Positions 23,701 to 37,449 of a stretch of 64,000 bases of DNA are shown in pieces. This stretch comes from Azolla caroliniana (lineage: Eukaryota > Plantae > Polypodiophyta): the NCBI GenBank assembly GCA_043228905.1, contig JBHGNT010000008.1, forward strand, positions 21,886,001-21,950,000, in the 5' to 3' direction. Position numbers and translations under genes: made by a program. The notes beneath the pieces were generated by a model. The model saw nothing but the letters and a program-made list of their open reading frames with translations, was not told the DNA's origin and made no database searches. Positions within the stretch are counted from its first letter, which is position 1, and the number at the start of each line of letters is the position of its first letter.

Positions 23701-25878
23701 AACTCCTTGGTCTGGATATCGGCAGTGTGCTGGAGGTCACAAACTGCTTTCCCTTCCCGGTAAGAAACAGTTTTAGTTTTCTACTGATATTTGCAATTCC
23801 ATAGTTGCAGTTAAATTTATGTTCACATTTTAGAGTCGAGGTGGAGAAGAAGAAGAAGAGGTTGAGGCAGATGGTGCAAACTATCAATTGGAAATGATGC
23901 GTTGTCTGAGAGAAGTGAATGTGGACAATAATACTGTTGGCTGGTACATTTTCGTTCAATCAATATGTGATTATGTATATAATTTTGGCTTTTGTTTGTT
24001 TGAATTATTTTGGCTAGAAATGGAATGTTCACATTAATTTTGATTTTTAGAAATTGTGCTAGATTACCAGAGTGGTTATGATTACTAATTGTAAGGTATT
24101 TGATGTCACTTTTAAACTTAAATTGCTAATTGTGTTTTTGTAGGTATCAATCTACATTCATGGGATCTTATCAGACAGTAGAGCTTATAGAAACTTTTTT
24201 GAATTATCAGGTGTGTCTCTTCAATATTCTATGGGATGTGCAAAACATGTTTGTGCGTGTGTATATATTGATGGATTCATAGAAATTTTTCATGTTAGAA
24301 CTAAGGGCATGTTTTTGTGCACTTTCACCTAGCCTTACTTGCTCTATCCGGATAGCAACTTCAAGAGGTTTTGTATTATATGATTTTAAAGGCATCTTTC
24401 CTGCTTGAATCACGTGCACATTTGATTTTTTGTTGCATTGCATGCATATGCCAATGTGTGAAGCATGTGTCATGCGATACATGTGTAAATGTAAATATTT
24501 TCTGTGTATTTCAATATATTAACATTCATCATCAACTTTTTTGTGATATTGTTGGGTGCATATGCAGATGTATGCATCATCTCGCAAATGTTTATTCCCA
24601 ATGACGAACATGTATTCTCAAAGTTTTATCATTCAACCTAGTTTTTGTATTAAATGATTTTGCAGGAAAATATTAAACGCTGTGTTTGTATCATCTATGA
24701 TCCCCAACGGTCAGGACAGGGTGTATTGGCCTTAAAGGCATTGAAGCTGACAGACCCTTTTATGGAACTATATCGCAATCAAAACTTTACTGGCGAGAAG
24801 TATGTGTTTGAAGAATTTTGAACAATGTTGCACCTGGAGTGTTCTGATTGTACTGTTGCCTTATGAAGACAACTAATTAAATTTGTGAATTTGGCAGGTT
24901 GAGGGAGAAAAAGCTTACATGGCAAGATATTTTCCAAGAAATTCCGGTAGGTGGTTTGTGATTCTAAGCAATTACTAGGAGATAAGAACATGGAATCATG
25001 TAAACAACCTATCCACATTCAGGGAAATATTACATGGTCTCTAGTATATTCACAGAGAATAAATACAGTTAGATATTGCATCACGTCCTCCATTTCTGCA
25101 GGTAAAAATATCAAACTCTGCATTAGTAAGCGCTATCATGACAGAACTTGAGACAGATACTCCTGCGACACAGGTATTAAAAGATTTCAACTGTAAGGCG
25201 GGTCTGTAAATTTCAATAATAATTTGGAACTCATATTGGCTTTTGTATTCAACAGTCAGACTTTGATAGGCTAGTCCTATCTTCCAATCCATTCATGGAA
25301 AGGAATCTTGAGTTTCTGATTGAATGCATGGACGACCTCTCAATGGAACAACAACGGGTACTGAAATTTCACTATTTGGTTTCCTGATTGATCTTGTTAA
25401 ACTTCTCCTAATTCTGGAGAACTGTTGTTTTTAATAGTTCCAATATTACTATCGCAATCTGTCAAGGCAACAAGCTCAGCAACAAGCTTGGTTGCAGAAA
25501 AGGAGGTATATGCTAGATGATATTATGTTTTCTTAGTTTTTTTTCCACATTATGATTGTACTTACTCTTCATGGGTTATTTGCGGTAGAACTGAAAATAT
25601 GGCGAGGAGAGCAATTGGTGAAGAACCATTGCCTGAGGAAGATCCAAACAATCCGATTTTCAAACCTCTGGTTGAGCCATCACGTTTGGATAGTTACCTG
25701 ATAACCAACCAGATCTCCAACTATTGTGGTCAAATTAATGGGTATGCATTTTTTTTATTCACTCATCCTCTTCATTGTTTTGACAATTCAGGAAATTCAG
25801 TCTTTTTTGCCCTTTGTTAGGTTTGCTGGACAGAGTTTTATTAAGATCTATACTATGGATGCGGTTCATCAGGAGTAG
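20745..25878 (+). CDS. eIF3h: Eukaryotic translation initiation factor 3 subunit H (MPN domain), 12 exons
   Basis: Exons: 20745-20757, 20962-21038, 23643-23759, 23834-23943, 24144-24210, 24666-24799, 24898-24946, 25102-25173, 25256-25357, 25438-25505, 25589-25741, 25821-25878. The translation has [63 protein letters not shown] and [37 protein letters not shown], all typical of plant eIF3h. Confidence 0.97.
21914..23197. repeat. Compound minisatellite in eIF3h intron 2: 13 units of a 68-bp hairpin-containing core plus (GAGGCTT)3-5
   Basis: The core TAAACAAGCAGAAAAGTTCAGAGTAATCGCAGTAACTTAGTGAGATGCATCACTAAGTTAGT starts at about 21914, 22003, 22106, 22209, 22305, 22395, 22491, 22594, 22684, 22787, 22883, 22980 and 23069. 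Confidence 0.97.
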
Positions 25879-27289
25879 GCTACCCCTAAAAGTTTTGACA
25901 TTAAATTTTTGGACACTATTTTGAGAAGATTCAGGAGTTTATTTCAGAAGAGTTTGTTCATTTCAGTGTATTGTAATGAAAGATTATACGATTTAAAATG
26001 TTGGGAAACCATTAACGGCTATGTGTCGTTTTATCTATGGTTTTCCAAGCCTTCAAAGGTTACCCTGGTAGTTTTCTCTCTTTTATGCTTTGTATTTTCA
26101 TGAATGGAGAGTTATGCATGTGAATACCGTTATCTTCATTGCTGATTCATGATACAACAAAACTCATTTGTTTGAAGCTACCAAACTGCTTTCTTTACAT
26201 GTGTACTTTTATCGACAAATTTATATAGGTTACCTTTTGCAGCTTGGGAAAATGATGTTACTAGTCTTTTAGTGTCTTTCCTTGAGGAATATTAAGGTAT
26301 GTTGGATGCTTGAAGGATCAGCCTGGAAGGGTGTCGCTTGTCTGTTTTTAAACATCTTCATTGAAAACACTGTTGTAAATGTTGGGAATGGGAAACTACA
26401 TAAGCAGGATGCTCAACAATGACTGCCCTTTTGGTTACCAGAAAGGAGACTTGTTACTTGTCAATGATCTGCTACTACTACTAATCATCTACAAGTGATG
26501 AAGCTAATGAATTTTTTGTTTTATACTGTGATAGTGCATGTCAGTATAGAAGGTGATGATTTTGGCTGTAAATTCGATCGCAAGGTGTGATATATGTTAA
26601 GAGGGTTGCTTGATTTTTGTGAACAATAACATTTCATCTTGATGTAGATGCATGCGTTTGTGTTTACGGTTAAATGTATACATAGTATAGCGCCCAAAAG
26701 AGCCATGGCGGCAAAATTATGAATATCGAAAACCCTTTATTTAGGGTGTAGAATGGGAAACATGCCTATGCTTAGTGTTCCTGGTGTCTTTTTTCAAATG
26801 ATTATATGTGACAATTGATTAATACAGCAAAAAGCAGGAGGTGACAATGTGAAAGCATTGCCATTATACGTTATATGAGAGTTACAGATATCTCAACATG
26901 AGCCTAGCTGAACCCTAAATAGAAAGCTACATTTGAAATTTATTACTGCAAATATGATGGTGCAATGGTAAAAGTTCGTGCACACGTGACACAACTTATG
27001 CCTATAGGTGGAAGTCTTGATTTTGTGTTCGTTATAAGGAGGGAGGGTCTTCATCATTATAAATTTATAGGTTGAGGTCACCTATTGGAGGAACGTCTTA
27101 TTCTCAAACATGTAAAAACCTTTTTATTCTCATAATGCTAGATAGTTTGCCAAGTAGATGTGGCTAGATGTGTCGATTATTCCAACTCAAGCCTCTTGTT
27201 TTCCGAACACAATTTTATGGCATGCACCCAAAATGAGTAGTTTCATCGATCCATAAAGGGGGGAGATTTCACGATCTTGTTTGATTTAT

Positions 27290-27760
27290 CGTACCATCTT
27301 CCAAACCATTTCCTTGTCTTACATCTAATATAAACACATAATTTTGCGTTTATGTGTCTGTTGGTTCTTTTTTATTGCTTCCCATGCGAGTCTAGGAAGT
27401 CTATGCGAGAGACTTTTTTGAACCTTACGCATGTATTCGACCACCCTTTCCATGGCCATGATAGCAATGAGAAGTAATTCCATCTTATGAAGTAGGAGGG
27501 TGTTATCCTTGGTCCAGTATTGCTATTGGCGTTGATGGCCTCAATTACCATGGGTATGGCTGACTTCAAAGTGCATCATGATCTTGATCCACCAAACACA
27601 ATATCGTGGCCTTTGAAGGGTGGTAGAAAATGTCGTACTCGTAAATATCTTTGCATATTGGATTTCTATACTTCCATCATGTTTTCATTTGTCTTTTGTA
27701 GCATACACCAATAACCAAAACAATGTTTGACAAGGTTGCCAAACCTTGGTACTAACATTC
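27290..27760 (-). mobile_element. Fragment of an RTE-like LINE (same family as 55430-57560)
   Basis: The minus-strand translation WKGWSNTCVRFKKVSRIDFLDSHGKQ matches WHGLSGTCLRFKKVTRIDFSESNAKQ at about 57050-57130. Confidence 0.7.
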
Positions 27761-28629
27761 ATATCGTTTTATTGTAAGCTATATGTATGTATGTATTTAA
27801 ATTGTGATCATTTTGATTTTTGTATCGGAAGTTACCCATTGAAAAGGTACATAATTATAAGTGGCAAGCCTCCGAGATCCAAATGTCATATCAATAAGAA
27901 AGTAATCCGTCGTTACATTTTTGCTACTAGTTATTCAATGAAAGACAACGGTGAGCAATATGTTTATGATGCTAGATTCTTTTTTTGCTCTTTGTTTTTT
28001 GTGTGATCACTACGTTCATTTGTTGGTGGTTTTATGCAAATTTCTAAAGCAATTAAATTAGGATTAATGTAAAAGCTCTAAATCCTTGTCACTTTTGAAG
28101 CAAATGAATAGAATTTTGGTTCCCCACTTGAAAAATATGTCAAAGTCAACAAAATAGATGAAATGGTGTGTTTACGGCTTCGATTGGAGGGCCGAAATGT
28201 AATCATAAACTTGGAACTAATCAGATTACTACTTGTGAATTAGTAGTGATTATTGCCAAAGATTCAATGAAGATTTGATTGCACATTGATCAATATAATT
28301 GAAAAGGAGATTCTATAATGCTATCTCAAGAACTTCTAAAAACTTTTGGATTGGTAGAGTCATAAAGGAGATTTTGTCATGCTATCTCAACAACTTCCAA
28401 GAACTATTTCAAGAATTTGTGTCATAGTAGCTAGTTGCGGCAAATATAGATGAAACCGCACTAGTGAGTATCAAACTAGGCATATAAGCCTCAAGGGTCA
28501 TTGCATGTGTGGAACATTTATGTGACATCTAACATAATCTTAGATATTCCTCGTGGAGTCTTGTTAAGGCTCAATATTGTCTATGAACAACCGATGCATA
28601 AAAAGTACAAGTACAAGATGCACCGTAGA

Positions 28630-29036
28630 TGTGAAAGCTAGATTCATAAGAAGGGTTTTGTATAATTACGAGAAATACCCCTCATCACACACACACACGA
28701 AACCTTGATAATTACAACAAATACTCCACTCAATTTTCACACATTCAAACATGAACGCTTGATTGATAAGGAGGATTTTGTATAATTACAAGGAATACCC
28801 CTCTCGATTTTCATACACAGACATGAAAGCTTGTTTCATAAGAAGGGTTTTGTATGCTTACGAGAAATGCCCCTCTCAGGTTTTCACACATAGACATGAA
28901 AGCTTGATTCACACATAAGAAGAGTTTTGTATAATTACACGGTACACCCCCCTCGATCTTTACACACATACAAGAAAGCTTGATTCATAAGAAGGATTTT
29001 TGTATAATTACACGAAATGCCCCTCTACGTTTTCAA
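28630..29036. repeat. Tandem repeat of six ~72-76-bp units directly upstream of Rab23
   Basis: TGAAAGCTTGATTCATAAGAAGGGTTTTGTATAATTACGAGAAATACCCCTC recurs at about 28632, 28698 (truncated), 28752, 28824, 28897 and 28973. Confidence 0.85.
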
Positions 29037-29196
29037 AATGCAGAAAAGAGTTGTAAATGCCCATCAAACCATATCTTGTTCACATGAAATCCGAACAAAC
29101 AAAACCAAGCTTATTGCTGAGAACAATACAACAGAAGAAAAGACACAGTTGCTTCTTCTTCTTCTTCTTCTTCTTTCTGCAGAAAGCGTCAGAAAA

Positions 29197-32100
29197 ATGA
29201 TTTCTATGCGAGAAGAAGACTTCCAAAGTAAAATGGAAACCAATTTCAGACTTACCCATAAATGCATTCTGTGAATAAACGCATGAAAGAATCGAACTTA
29301 CCATTTTTTATTTATTTCTTGACCGTGAGAAATAAATTAGATAGATGATGAATTCTTTTAATCCAATCAGTGTTTATATATATGGATATATATAAATATG
29401 TATTTAACTTTTATATACGTATATACAGGGGAGGCAAAGGTTGTGATTGTGGGCAATGGAGGAGTGGGAAAGACAAGCATGATTCGACAGTATTGTAAAG
29501 GATGCTTTCCTGAGGATTACAAGAAGACAATCGGTGTCGATTTCCTTGAGAGACACCAGTGAGTCTTTTTCTTCTCTTAAAAGTTAAACCTAGCCTTTAT
29601 TTACCTATTCACTAATAATGTTTCGGGCTTTTCTGTGAAATTAAGGGTTTAATTATATATTTGTCCACATATTTTATCATATATCTTCCTAGAAATGAAT
29701 TTGTTGAATCTATACAGAGAAAAATCGTAGTTCTCCATTCCCTTTTTCTTTCATTTTTCTGAAAAGCACTGAGTGAACTTATACAAATATCTGGATTTGG
29801 ATAGGGTTTTCAGTTTTGTTTTTCCATCTTTCTTGAATGAATTCCCACAGCATCTTAGAATGGGTTTCTGTGGAAATTAAGGTTGCAAATTAGAGGATCT
29901 TGTAACCCTAGTTTTCAAATTTGTTTAATTTCTAAAGAAGTAAGGAGTCATTCAATAAATTGAGACATATAGTGGGTAGTGTTTATATAGGGCTTAGTTT
30001 CTGTGGAGAATTGTAGTGGTCCATAATTTGTTTTTAACTGTAGAAAAGCTTTCCATGAATTTATGTGTGTCTGGATAGGAGAAAAATACACAATGTCTTT
30101 GCAGGAATTTATATCATACTTTATGGGACAGGAAGGGATGTATGTAACGCCCCATTGAGCAGAATAACACGCAATGATGCCATGAATCCTCAAAAGTTAG
30201 CCACAAAACTGTGAATGTTTGAAGTGTCCAACTAGTCTGCTCTATCAAGTATTTCACCCGCATGAGTTGTCACTAAGACTTCCTGAGTAGTGCTTGTCTA
30301 CTGTGTTCAAATCTGTAACTAGGGCCTTCCTTGTACTGCATGAGTAGAAGTCTGTAATTTGTGTATGAAAAGGTCCTTTATGTCCTGGTTTGCTACACAG
30401 AGGGAGGTCTATTTATGTCTATATATCCCTTGGCATATCTGATCTGAGCTAAGTTCCAAAAACCTAAAAATATGGAAGAGGTCAAGTTGAACACATAGAA
30501 ATGTGGGCATAGAGTGTAGAGAGGCTGTAAAGGGAAGAAAGGGTGACAATATATGTGGGAGGGTAGAAAGGTACACAATTTTTGTTCTGAATTGTCTATT
30601 ATGCTGACTTTTGCCTCTCAATATTACTTCCATTCTTACTTAAGAAGAATGCAGAACATAAAAATTACATATAGGAAATTAGGATCCATTGACCTCACGA
30701 AAGTGGTTGGTGCTATGGTATATATCCAACCTAATGTGGGACTCCAATACGCGTTAAGTATCACGATATTTAGAATATCATTCCCTTATCCAGAAGAGGC
30801 ACACTAGAAGATAATAGACGTATAGAAACACACACAAAATGGCAAAAAAGGAAGGATAAGAAACCATTGAAGAATATTACCCGTCCCATGCAATATTTGC
30901 AATGACAGTTTACGGCCTGCTCCTATATCCTTGGTGACTATGATCAGAGTATCATAGAAAAGTGGATGTCTACCAGGTAAGGTAAATTTCTTGCTTCTTT
31001 GTTGTGTTCAAGGTACTCATAAATGGCTGAGAGTTGGAGAAAGGCATCTCGGTCACAAATAGTTGAGATTTGGGAGTCATAATACACACTCACACTAATT
31101 TTGAGTTTGAATACCATGAATAATTCAACGAACAATCCTCTACTTCGGCATTATACAATATACATAACATGCCACATATGCAAGGAGGTTATTAAAATTC
31201 TGTTTCATTTTTTCTTGGATCACTGGAAGATATGTGAAGAGCATGAATGAGGACGTTAAATTAATGTTATGGGATACAGCTGGCCAAGAAGAATTTGACT
31301 CCATGACCCAATCTTATTATCGAGGTTTGGAGTCAAATCAATTTATGTTATGCTTCCAGGAGAGAATTGTCACCTTGTCATTCTCCCACCTCAAGAGATT
31401 TAAATTCTTTCTTATAGTCAATTAATTTCAGGAGCCAAGGCGGCTATCATTTGCTTCTCCACAACGGATAGAAAATCCTTTGAAGCAATAAGAAGTTGGA
31501 AAAAGAAGGTAAAATGCTTTCATATTTTAAATGGAAGTTGTTGATTCAAGAAACTTTAGGAACAAGATTTTGTGTGGTACTAGGTGGAGGAGCAATGCAG
31601 GAACATACCTATGGTCCTTGTACAAAACAAACTTGACCTTCTAGACCAAGTTGCTGTAGAAAGGTATGCATTTCACTTATTTTTCCCAAGTAATATATAC
31701 TTATGGATAAAATGAAGCTAATATATTAGCAAAGTGGAGATATATAAAAGTATTCATGTTGTTTTTGAACCATGTATGAATCAAGCTTTAATTTGCTGGA
31801 GCAAAAATAACTCCCAAAATAAAAACCCATTTTTACGATTCATATACAATTTGGAAAACCATTTGAAGTGTTGGAGTTGAATAATAGTGCCTATGTCTTG
31901 TCTATGTGGTCATATAAAGGCTATGATCATGTAAAATTTCTTGTCACTTAAATGAAATAAACACTTAAATAAAATCATAGGTCATAATAATGAAGTTGTG
32001 GTGGGTTATTAGCTGTCATGTATATCTACTTTTTCGTATAAATAAATTCAACAAGGTTTTCTGGCTATTTGGTTGCATCCGCAATCGTTTTATGTGGATC

Positions 32101-34083
32101 AAATATTGGGTTTTGGGTTTGTGGATGGATCTGATAAATGACTTCATTTGGTGTTTATAATCAGCATAAACAGAAGATGGGCAAACATTTGTTTCTGATT
32201 TACTTTCAATAATGACATGATTGTGTAAAGTTTCCTATTTGTAAAGTGAGAAGACTCCATTAAAAAGCATTTGGACATTGTTTAATAGATTGTATGTTCT
32301 AGGTGATTAACACTAAAGTAATAACCCTGGGGCTTAGCTTAAAATTTTGGAGAGACTCATGAATATGGAAATTCAATATTGCTATATATATGAGTGAATA
32401 GGGTGCATTTGCTTTCTTGCCTTCACTTGTTTGAACTAGGTAACATCAATGCAGACATGAGAGTGAAGCTCTTGCAGAAACATTGGGGTTACGCTTTTAT
32501 CGTATTTGTGTGAAACAAAATCTTTATGTTGAAGAAGGTAATCATTTGTTCAAGCCTCTAGTTTTTAGTAATGACTATATTCATAGTATGCAATTGCATA
32601 TGCTCACATAATCATATTATTTATGTTTTGGATGTCTAGTGTTTGAATATTTAGCGGAACTTTATCTACAATGGGATTCGCAAGCAATAATGCAAACTCC
32701 AAGGATTGTCATTGGTAAGAAATTGTGCAAATTTTCAAAAACATTGAGAGGCGTTAATTTCATTTGGTAAAAAATAAAAGTACATGTCATATGCTTCCTT
32801 AGTTTAAGACCATGATAGAATTATGTAGAAATAACATAACTGTACGAAGAAGGCGATTTTTAATGTGGAGAATAAGCTCTCATGCGAAAACCCTCTATGC
32901 AAGGCAGCTCCAATATTATAGTAAAAGCCATCATCCTAGGAACATTAGCTCTTTTTTAAGTGTATTAAAAGACGTCTGGATGTATGCATTAGTATGAAGA
33001 CAATATTAGGAAGAACATTACTTTGGAGGGTACATCGTCAACTAGCAAGATAGATATCGTTTTGACATCCATGGGTGACCGACTACAATGTATGACCAAT
33101 TGCAAGAGTGAGTAAGAAAAGGGAAGAGCCTTAAGTTATCCAAAAAAATTTGTATTAGATATTGTTTCTCATAGACGTAAGCTCTTCACCCTCTCTTCCT
33201 ACTAGAGGAAAGCTTCTATCTCTCTGATACATGTTCTCACCTTTCCATATGTGGGTTCAGACTGTCAGTATTTCTTGGCCTCCATGATTCACATGCACAT
33301 CCTAATTCACACATCAGTTTAATGTGAATCTACATTGAACTATTCTTCTCTCGTCTCACTTTGCGCTTCCATCGTGAGGTTTTTGAATCCAATGCATCGT
33401 AAAAAGGCAAAATAGTTGTATCATTGATATATATTCATACACACACACCTACAGATGTGCGTTGTCGTGTTTAATTCTGAAAAAGGTGAAATACAATATG
33501 TCAATCCTCATGATGAAATTTTGAGTGTGTGATAGTGAAGAGTGTTTTCCATAACCATCAAAGGATACATAGCAAGGACAAAGTAGTAGTTGTGGTAGTT
33601 GAACAAGGGTTGCTAGAAGAGAGAACAGAAAGTCAATTTGTTTTATCACTAATATATTGTAAGCTAATGTTGATGGTCCCTTACTTGATCTTCAGCATGG
33701 GCCTTTTGCTTGCATTAGTCTATCCTGGACGTTAATAACCTATCTATCTCTCTACTTTTGCATGTGCCTTATCGAAATATAAAGTTAATGTTTTGTCTTT
33801 TCATGTCCTTTTCTACTTTTGCATTTGGTATTTGGAAATGTCATGTTAATGTTTTTTGTCTTTTCATGTCTTCTTTATAAAAACTGTTTTTACACTTGAA
33901 TCATTTTGTTTGGCAGGATGGCCAAAGGAGCTAACAAATTCAAGTGTAAATCTACAAGAGAGATTGTATCAATTAGAATGTGCCAGCAAAAGTACCGCAT
34001 GTAAAGATGTGAGCAATATTGAGAAGCTGTCCAAGGAAAAATGTAGGAAAAAACGTTTTGACTTGCAATGCAATATTCTTTAA
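29197..34083 (+). CDS. RAB23: Rab23 small GTPase, 8 exons
   Basis: Exons: 29197-29227, 29429-29558, 31230-31324, 31432-31508, 31584-31663, 32455-32537, 32640-32714, 33917-34083. The translation MISMREEDFQREAKVVIVGNGGVGKTSMIRQYCKGCFPEDYKKTIGVDFLERHQYVKSMNEDVKLMLWDTAGQEEFDSMTQSYYRGA...VLVQNKLDLLD...LRFYRICVKQNLYVEEVFEYLAE...CNIL* carries Rab23 signatures (YCKG, DYKKTIGVDFLE, LMLWDTAGQEEFD). An alternative ATG lies at 29206. Confidence 0.93.
30143..31140. mobile_element. LTR-retrotransposon (Copia-like) debris in Rab23 intron 2
   Basis: A TGTAACGCCC LTR-like start at 30143, with no TSD found. Degenerate 'VVGAMVYIQPNV..YALS..P.EAH' resembles the Copia RT C-terminus and 'YYDSQ' resembles RNase H 'YCDSQSAI'. 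Confidence 0.4.
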
Positions 34084-36038
34084 GTTACTTCGTTAGTTCT
34101 ACTAACATTGTGTGTTGCAAGAAGCTATGGGGAATCGGTATATAAATCTTATATTAACTGCTCTTTCTTCTTTGAGGGAAACTGATTGGATTCTTATAGA
34201 ATGTAGTAATGCGTTTACTTTATGTCATGGTAATGGATTTGTTACGTTTATGTGTAATGGTATACATGGATTCATTTGACTTAAACACTTCATTAGTAAC
34301 GTTCGTGTAAAATCATGAAAGTGACTAGAACAGGATAGTAATGTGATTAGGAATGAGTGATGCACATGTTCTAAATTTCTATTTGAGGATCTTTGAAATA
34401 TGTCTTGGTTTCATTTATACTTTCAACGAAGATTAAGGTTAACTCATTGTGTTCCAAAAGCTAGGAATTTTATTACTAACCATTTATGTGGGGATGGAGC
34501 AATCTGGGGTATGTGATGGGAACTATATTAGACTTTAGTTGATGTACAAATAATCAGGCTTGGAAGCATCGTGAGAATGTTGTTTTACAAGGATTAGAGC
34601 ATGATGTGAGTATGCAGTGTAGATACTTCCAAAAACTAAACATTCCAAGTATGATAGACCTTGGAAACCTTGGCAATGTGGGTAGAATGATCTTAGATTT
34701 GAATGTGACCTTTCACCAAGACATTGACTCAAATTTGAATGTTACATTTTCACCAAGATATTGATTGACGTCTTAAGCTAATGCCTTTATATTTGTGTAT
34801 GGGATTGCACAAGTGGACCATAATTGTGTGTAGATTAGTGTAAGAGATAGTCTTTCTACCATAGGTCTTATCTTTGAAAATTTTGATGTAGATGTAGATA
34901 GTATTCATATGGGAGAACAGTCACATGTCAAGATTTCTTTAATTAAATTGCCGACAAATGCATTTACCATATGTAATAGCTATTGGATACTGCAATAATT
35001 CAGATTGCTCATTATTTGTGAATGTCATGTATTAGGAACGTAATTATGCATACCATTGATATATTAAGGTATGTGTTTTTGGGTGGATTGAGATACTTTG
35101 TCTTGAAGTTTGCAAAATTTTCAAGAAGGTTAATGTTTAACATAATTTACCTCTATCTAAATTCCTATGAGTGAACATTAGTTGCTACACTATTGCTACA
35201 TTATGTGAAGTTGTAAGGCTGAATCTTATACTCTCAAAAATAATAATTTGTGTGTGCAACCTTGATTACTTTTAAATATATCAATACACTCTTTTGCAAT
35301 GGGAACGTGTCTAGGCGGTTTAACACCATGTGCCAATGGCAATATGACACTTGGCCAGGCTAAACATGCAAATCCTTTGATACGTGCCTTCGTCTTTGGG
35401 AGATTCACATCTTACTAGCCCTTCTCCTAATTGAGGCAATTTGTCCCCTACCTTCATGCAGAGTCTATATTATCCTTCCGATCTTGAGAAGTACACCATG
35501 ATAATTTTCCTCCCTAAAATCAACTTGAACACATGCTTCATGTAGAAAGTAGGAGTGGAAATCATGGGCTACCTCCTCATTTTCTTGTAGATTCTCTTAT
35601 TTTCTTGACAACATATTCACAACATTGTTGTTGTGTGGCTCAATATGTGTCAACTTTGTCTAGATCAAGAGACTTGATGTATGAAATCCAACAGAGTATT
35701 GCTAAATTTGGTATAATGCAACATGTTATCATCCTAGAATGGGGAGGCAATCCATGTTAATGATTATGTCTACTTCAATGTACTTTCGATTAAGTATTTA
35801 TTTTGGATGCAATCCCCCATTACCTAAGCATACCCTCTTCCTTGCATATATATTTGTTATCTTTAACTATGAACTTAGCTAGTTAGCAATGATATGGACA
35901 AAAGAAGTAGACTCATCCAACCTTCTTCCTTTTCCCTAAATTTGGGCTAGTTTGACTTCCACAATTGTCGACATGTGTGCGCATTCCTTCTATTCAATTA
36001 TTTGGCCTTCCCAAAACCTCGCTTCCGTCATTTACTTT

Positions 36039-36427
36039 TGTTAATAGTCAGGTAATTAACTAGGGTTAATTAGTGTCTAATTATGTGAGTAGTTAAGCAA
36101 CGGAAGGTTATGTAATACGTGTGTGAGAGGAAGATACACTTATGAAAAATAATATAAATGGGGGAATGATTAACGAGAGTGTATATTAAAAAGTATCACA
36201 ATGAGGTATATATACATCTCATGGGCAAAGGTGCACATGTGTGAGTAGAATATAGGTACAAACGTGTAAGTCCTATGGGAGTGGAGGATCTACGATGTAT
36301 CCCACTCAAGTACAAAATCCTATTTAAGGCTTTAAGGTCAACACACTAACTAGATTCTATCTAGGTAACTACTAAGTTACGTGTGTTGGCTAACTAACTA
36401 AATCTAGTTGAGCTTGTTATCTCAACA
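36039..36427. mobile_element. Solo LTR (389 bp)
   Basis: Termini are TGTT...AACA, flanked by the 5-bp direct repeat ACTTT (36034-36038 and 36428-36432). Confidence 0.8.
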
Positions 36428-36761
36428 ACTTTAGTATGTGTACCACCAATTCTCTGCTCATGTTAGATTATGCTCTCATGGCATGTTGGTGATGCCCTGA
36501 TTTCTCTTAATCGTGACTAAGGTTTTAGAAGTTCCACTTCCTTTGTTTGCCTTCCTCTTAGCTCTACCTCACCCATGCCTGCACCATAACATGTTAGTCA
36601 AACTAGATCGAAGACTTCTTATGTTCCTATGAAATTCATTATCTCCAATGTCCCCCTCCACCCAACCTACCCACACTTCCTCCTCATATCCTTTGTCCAC
36701 AGTCCCACCTCACCCTTGCATCTCTGCTACCCCCATTAACTCCTCATATTCTTTTTTGTGT

Positions 36762-37330
36762 TTTGGTTGGATGCAAGATATAAAAAAGTGATATGGTAGA
36801 TGGGATGCAACACATTTGCCTCATGATGCATCACTAGATTCCTCTTTAAATGAGGCTTTTTTGCAACGCCAATGTATCATGACATGGGACAAATGTGGAG
36901 GCTCACGCTTCACACATTATACTACACATGTTGTACCTAGCTACAAAACCATGTTCTTTGCGGAACGGGGAAACTGTACACATCAATACATGTTAGAGCC
37001 CATCCCATTTGTTTGGCATTCGAACCATTGCTTCCATGCAACTTAACTCACATGCATTGTGATGTGAGACAAGGCGTTGGGGCACAAGTGATGAGAGTGG
37101 TCGACTATGCACACTTTGCCCTAAACAAGTTTGAGAGTTTGAGTATCACACTTTTGATCATATTTGACCATGCTTTCCACACATCTTCGACCAAGCCCAA
37201 TCCTTGCACAAATTTCTCTCACAACCAGAATGTGCACTCTCGATTGCAATATTCATTGGTAAAGTTCTTGAACATCGAGAGTTGCTAATCACTTTCACAC
37301 GTATCACGTGAAATGTAATATTTTTTGTCT
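36762..37330 (+). mobile_element. 3' fragment of an RTE-like LINE (same family as 55430-57560)
   Basis: DASLDSSLNEAFLQRQCIMTWDKCGGSRFTHYTTHVVPSYKTMFFAERG matches DASLDSSLNKAFLQYQCIITWEKCGGSCFTHYTTYVAPPNYNTIFFAERG at about 57230-57380. Confidence 0.75.
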
Positions 37331-37449
37331 CATAGGTCATATTTGACCTCTGAAGATGATAATAGAATCTATCTATCTCTCAATCATTTCCGTAATTATA
37401 AACATAAGCAAAGCTTGTAATTATCGAAAGTGTGGATGAATGAAAGCTA

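Noticed and set aside
30143-30397. TGTAACGCCC...GCTACA as an intact solo LTR
   Set aside because: The flanks ATGTA and CAGAG do not form a TSD.
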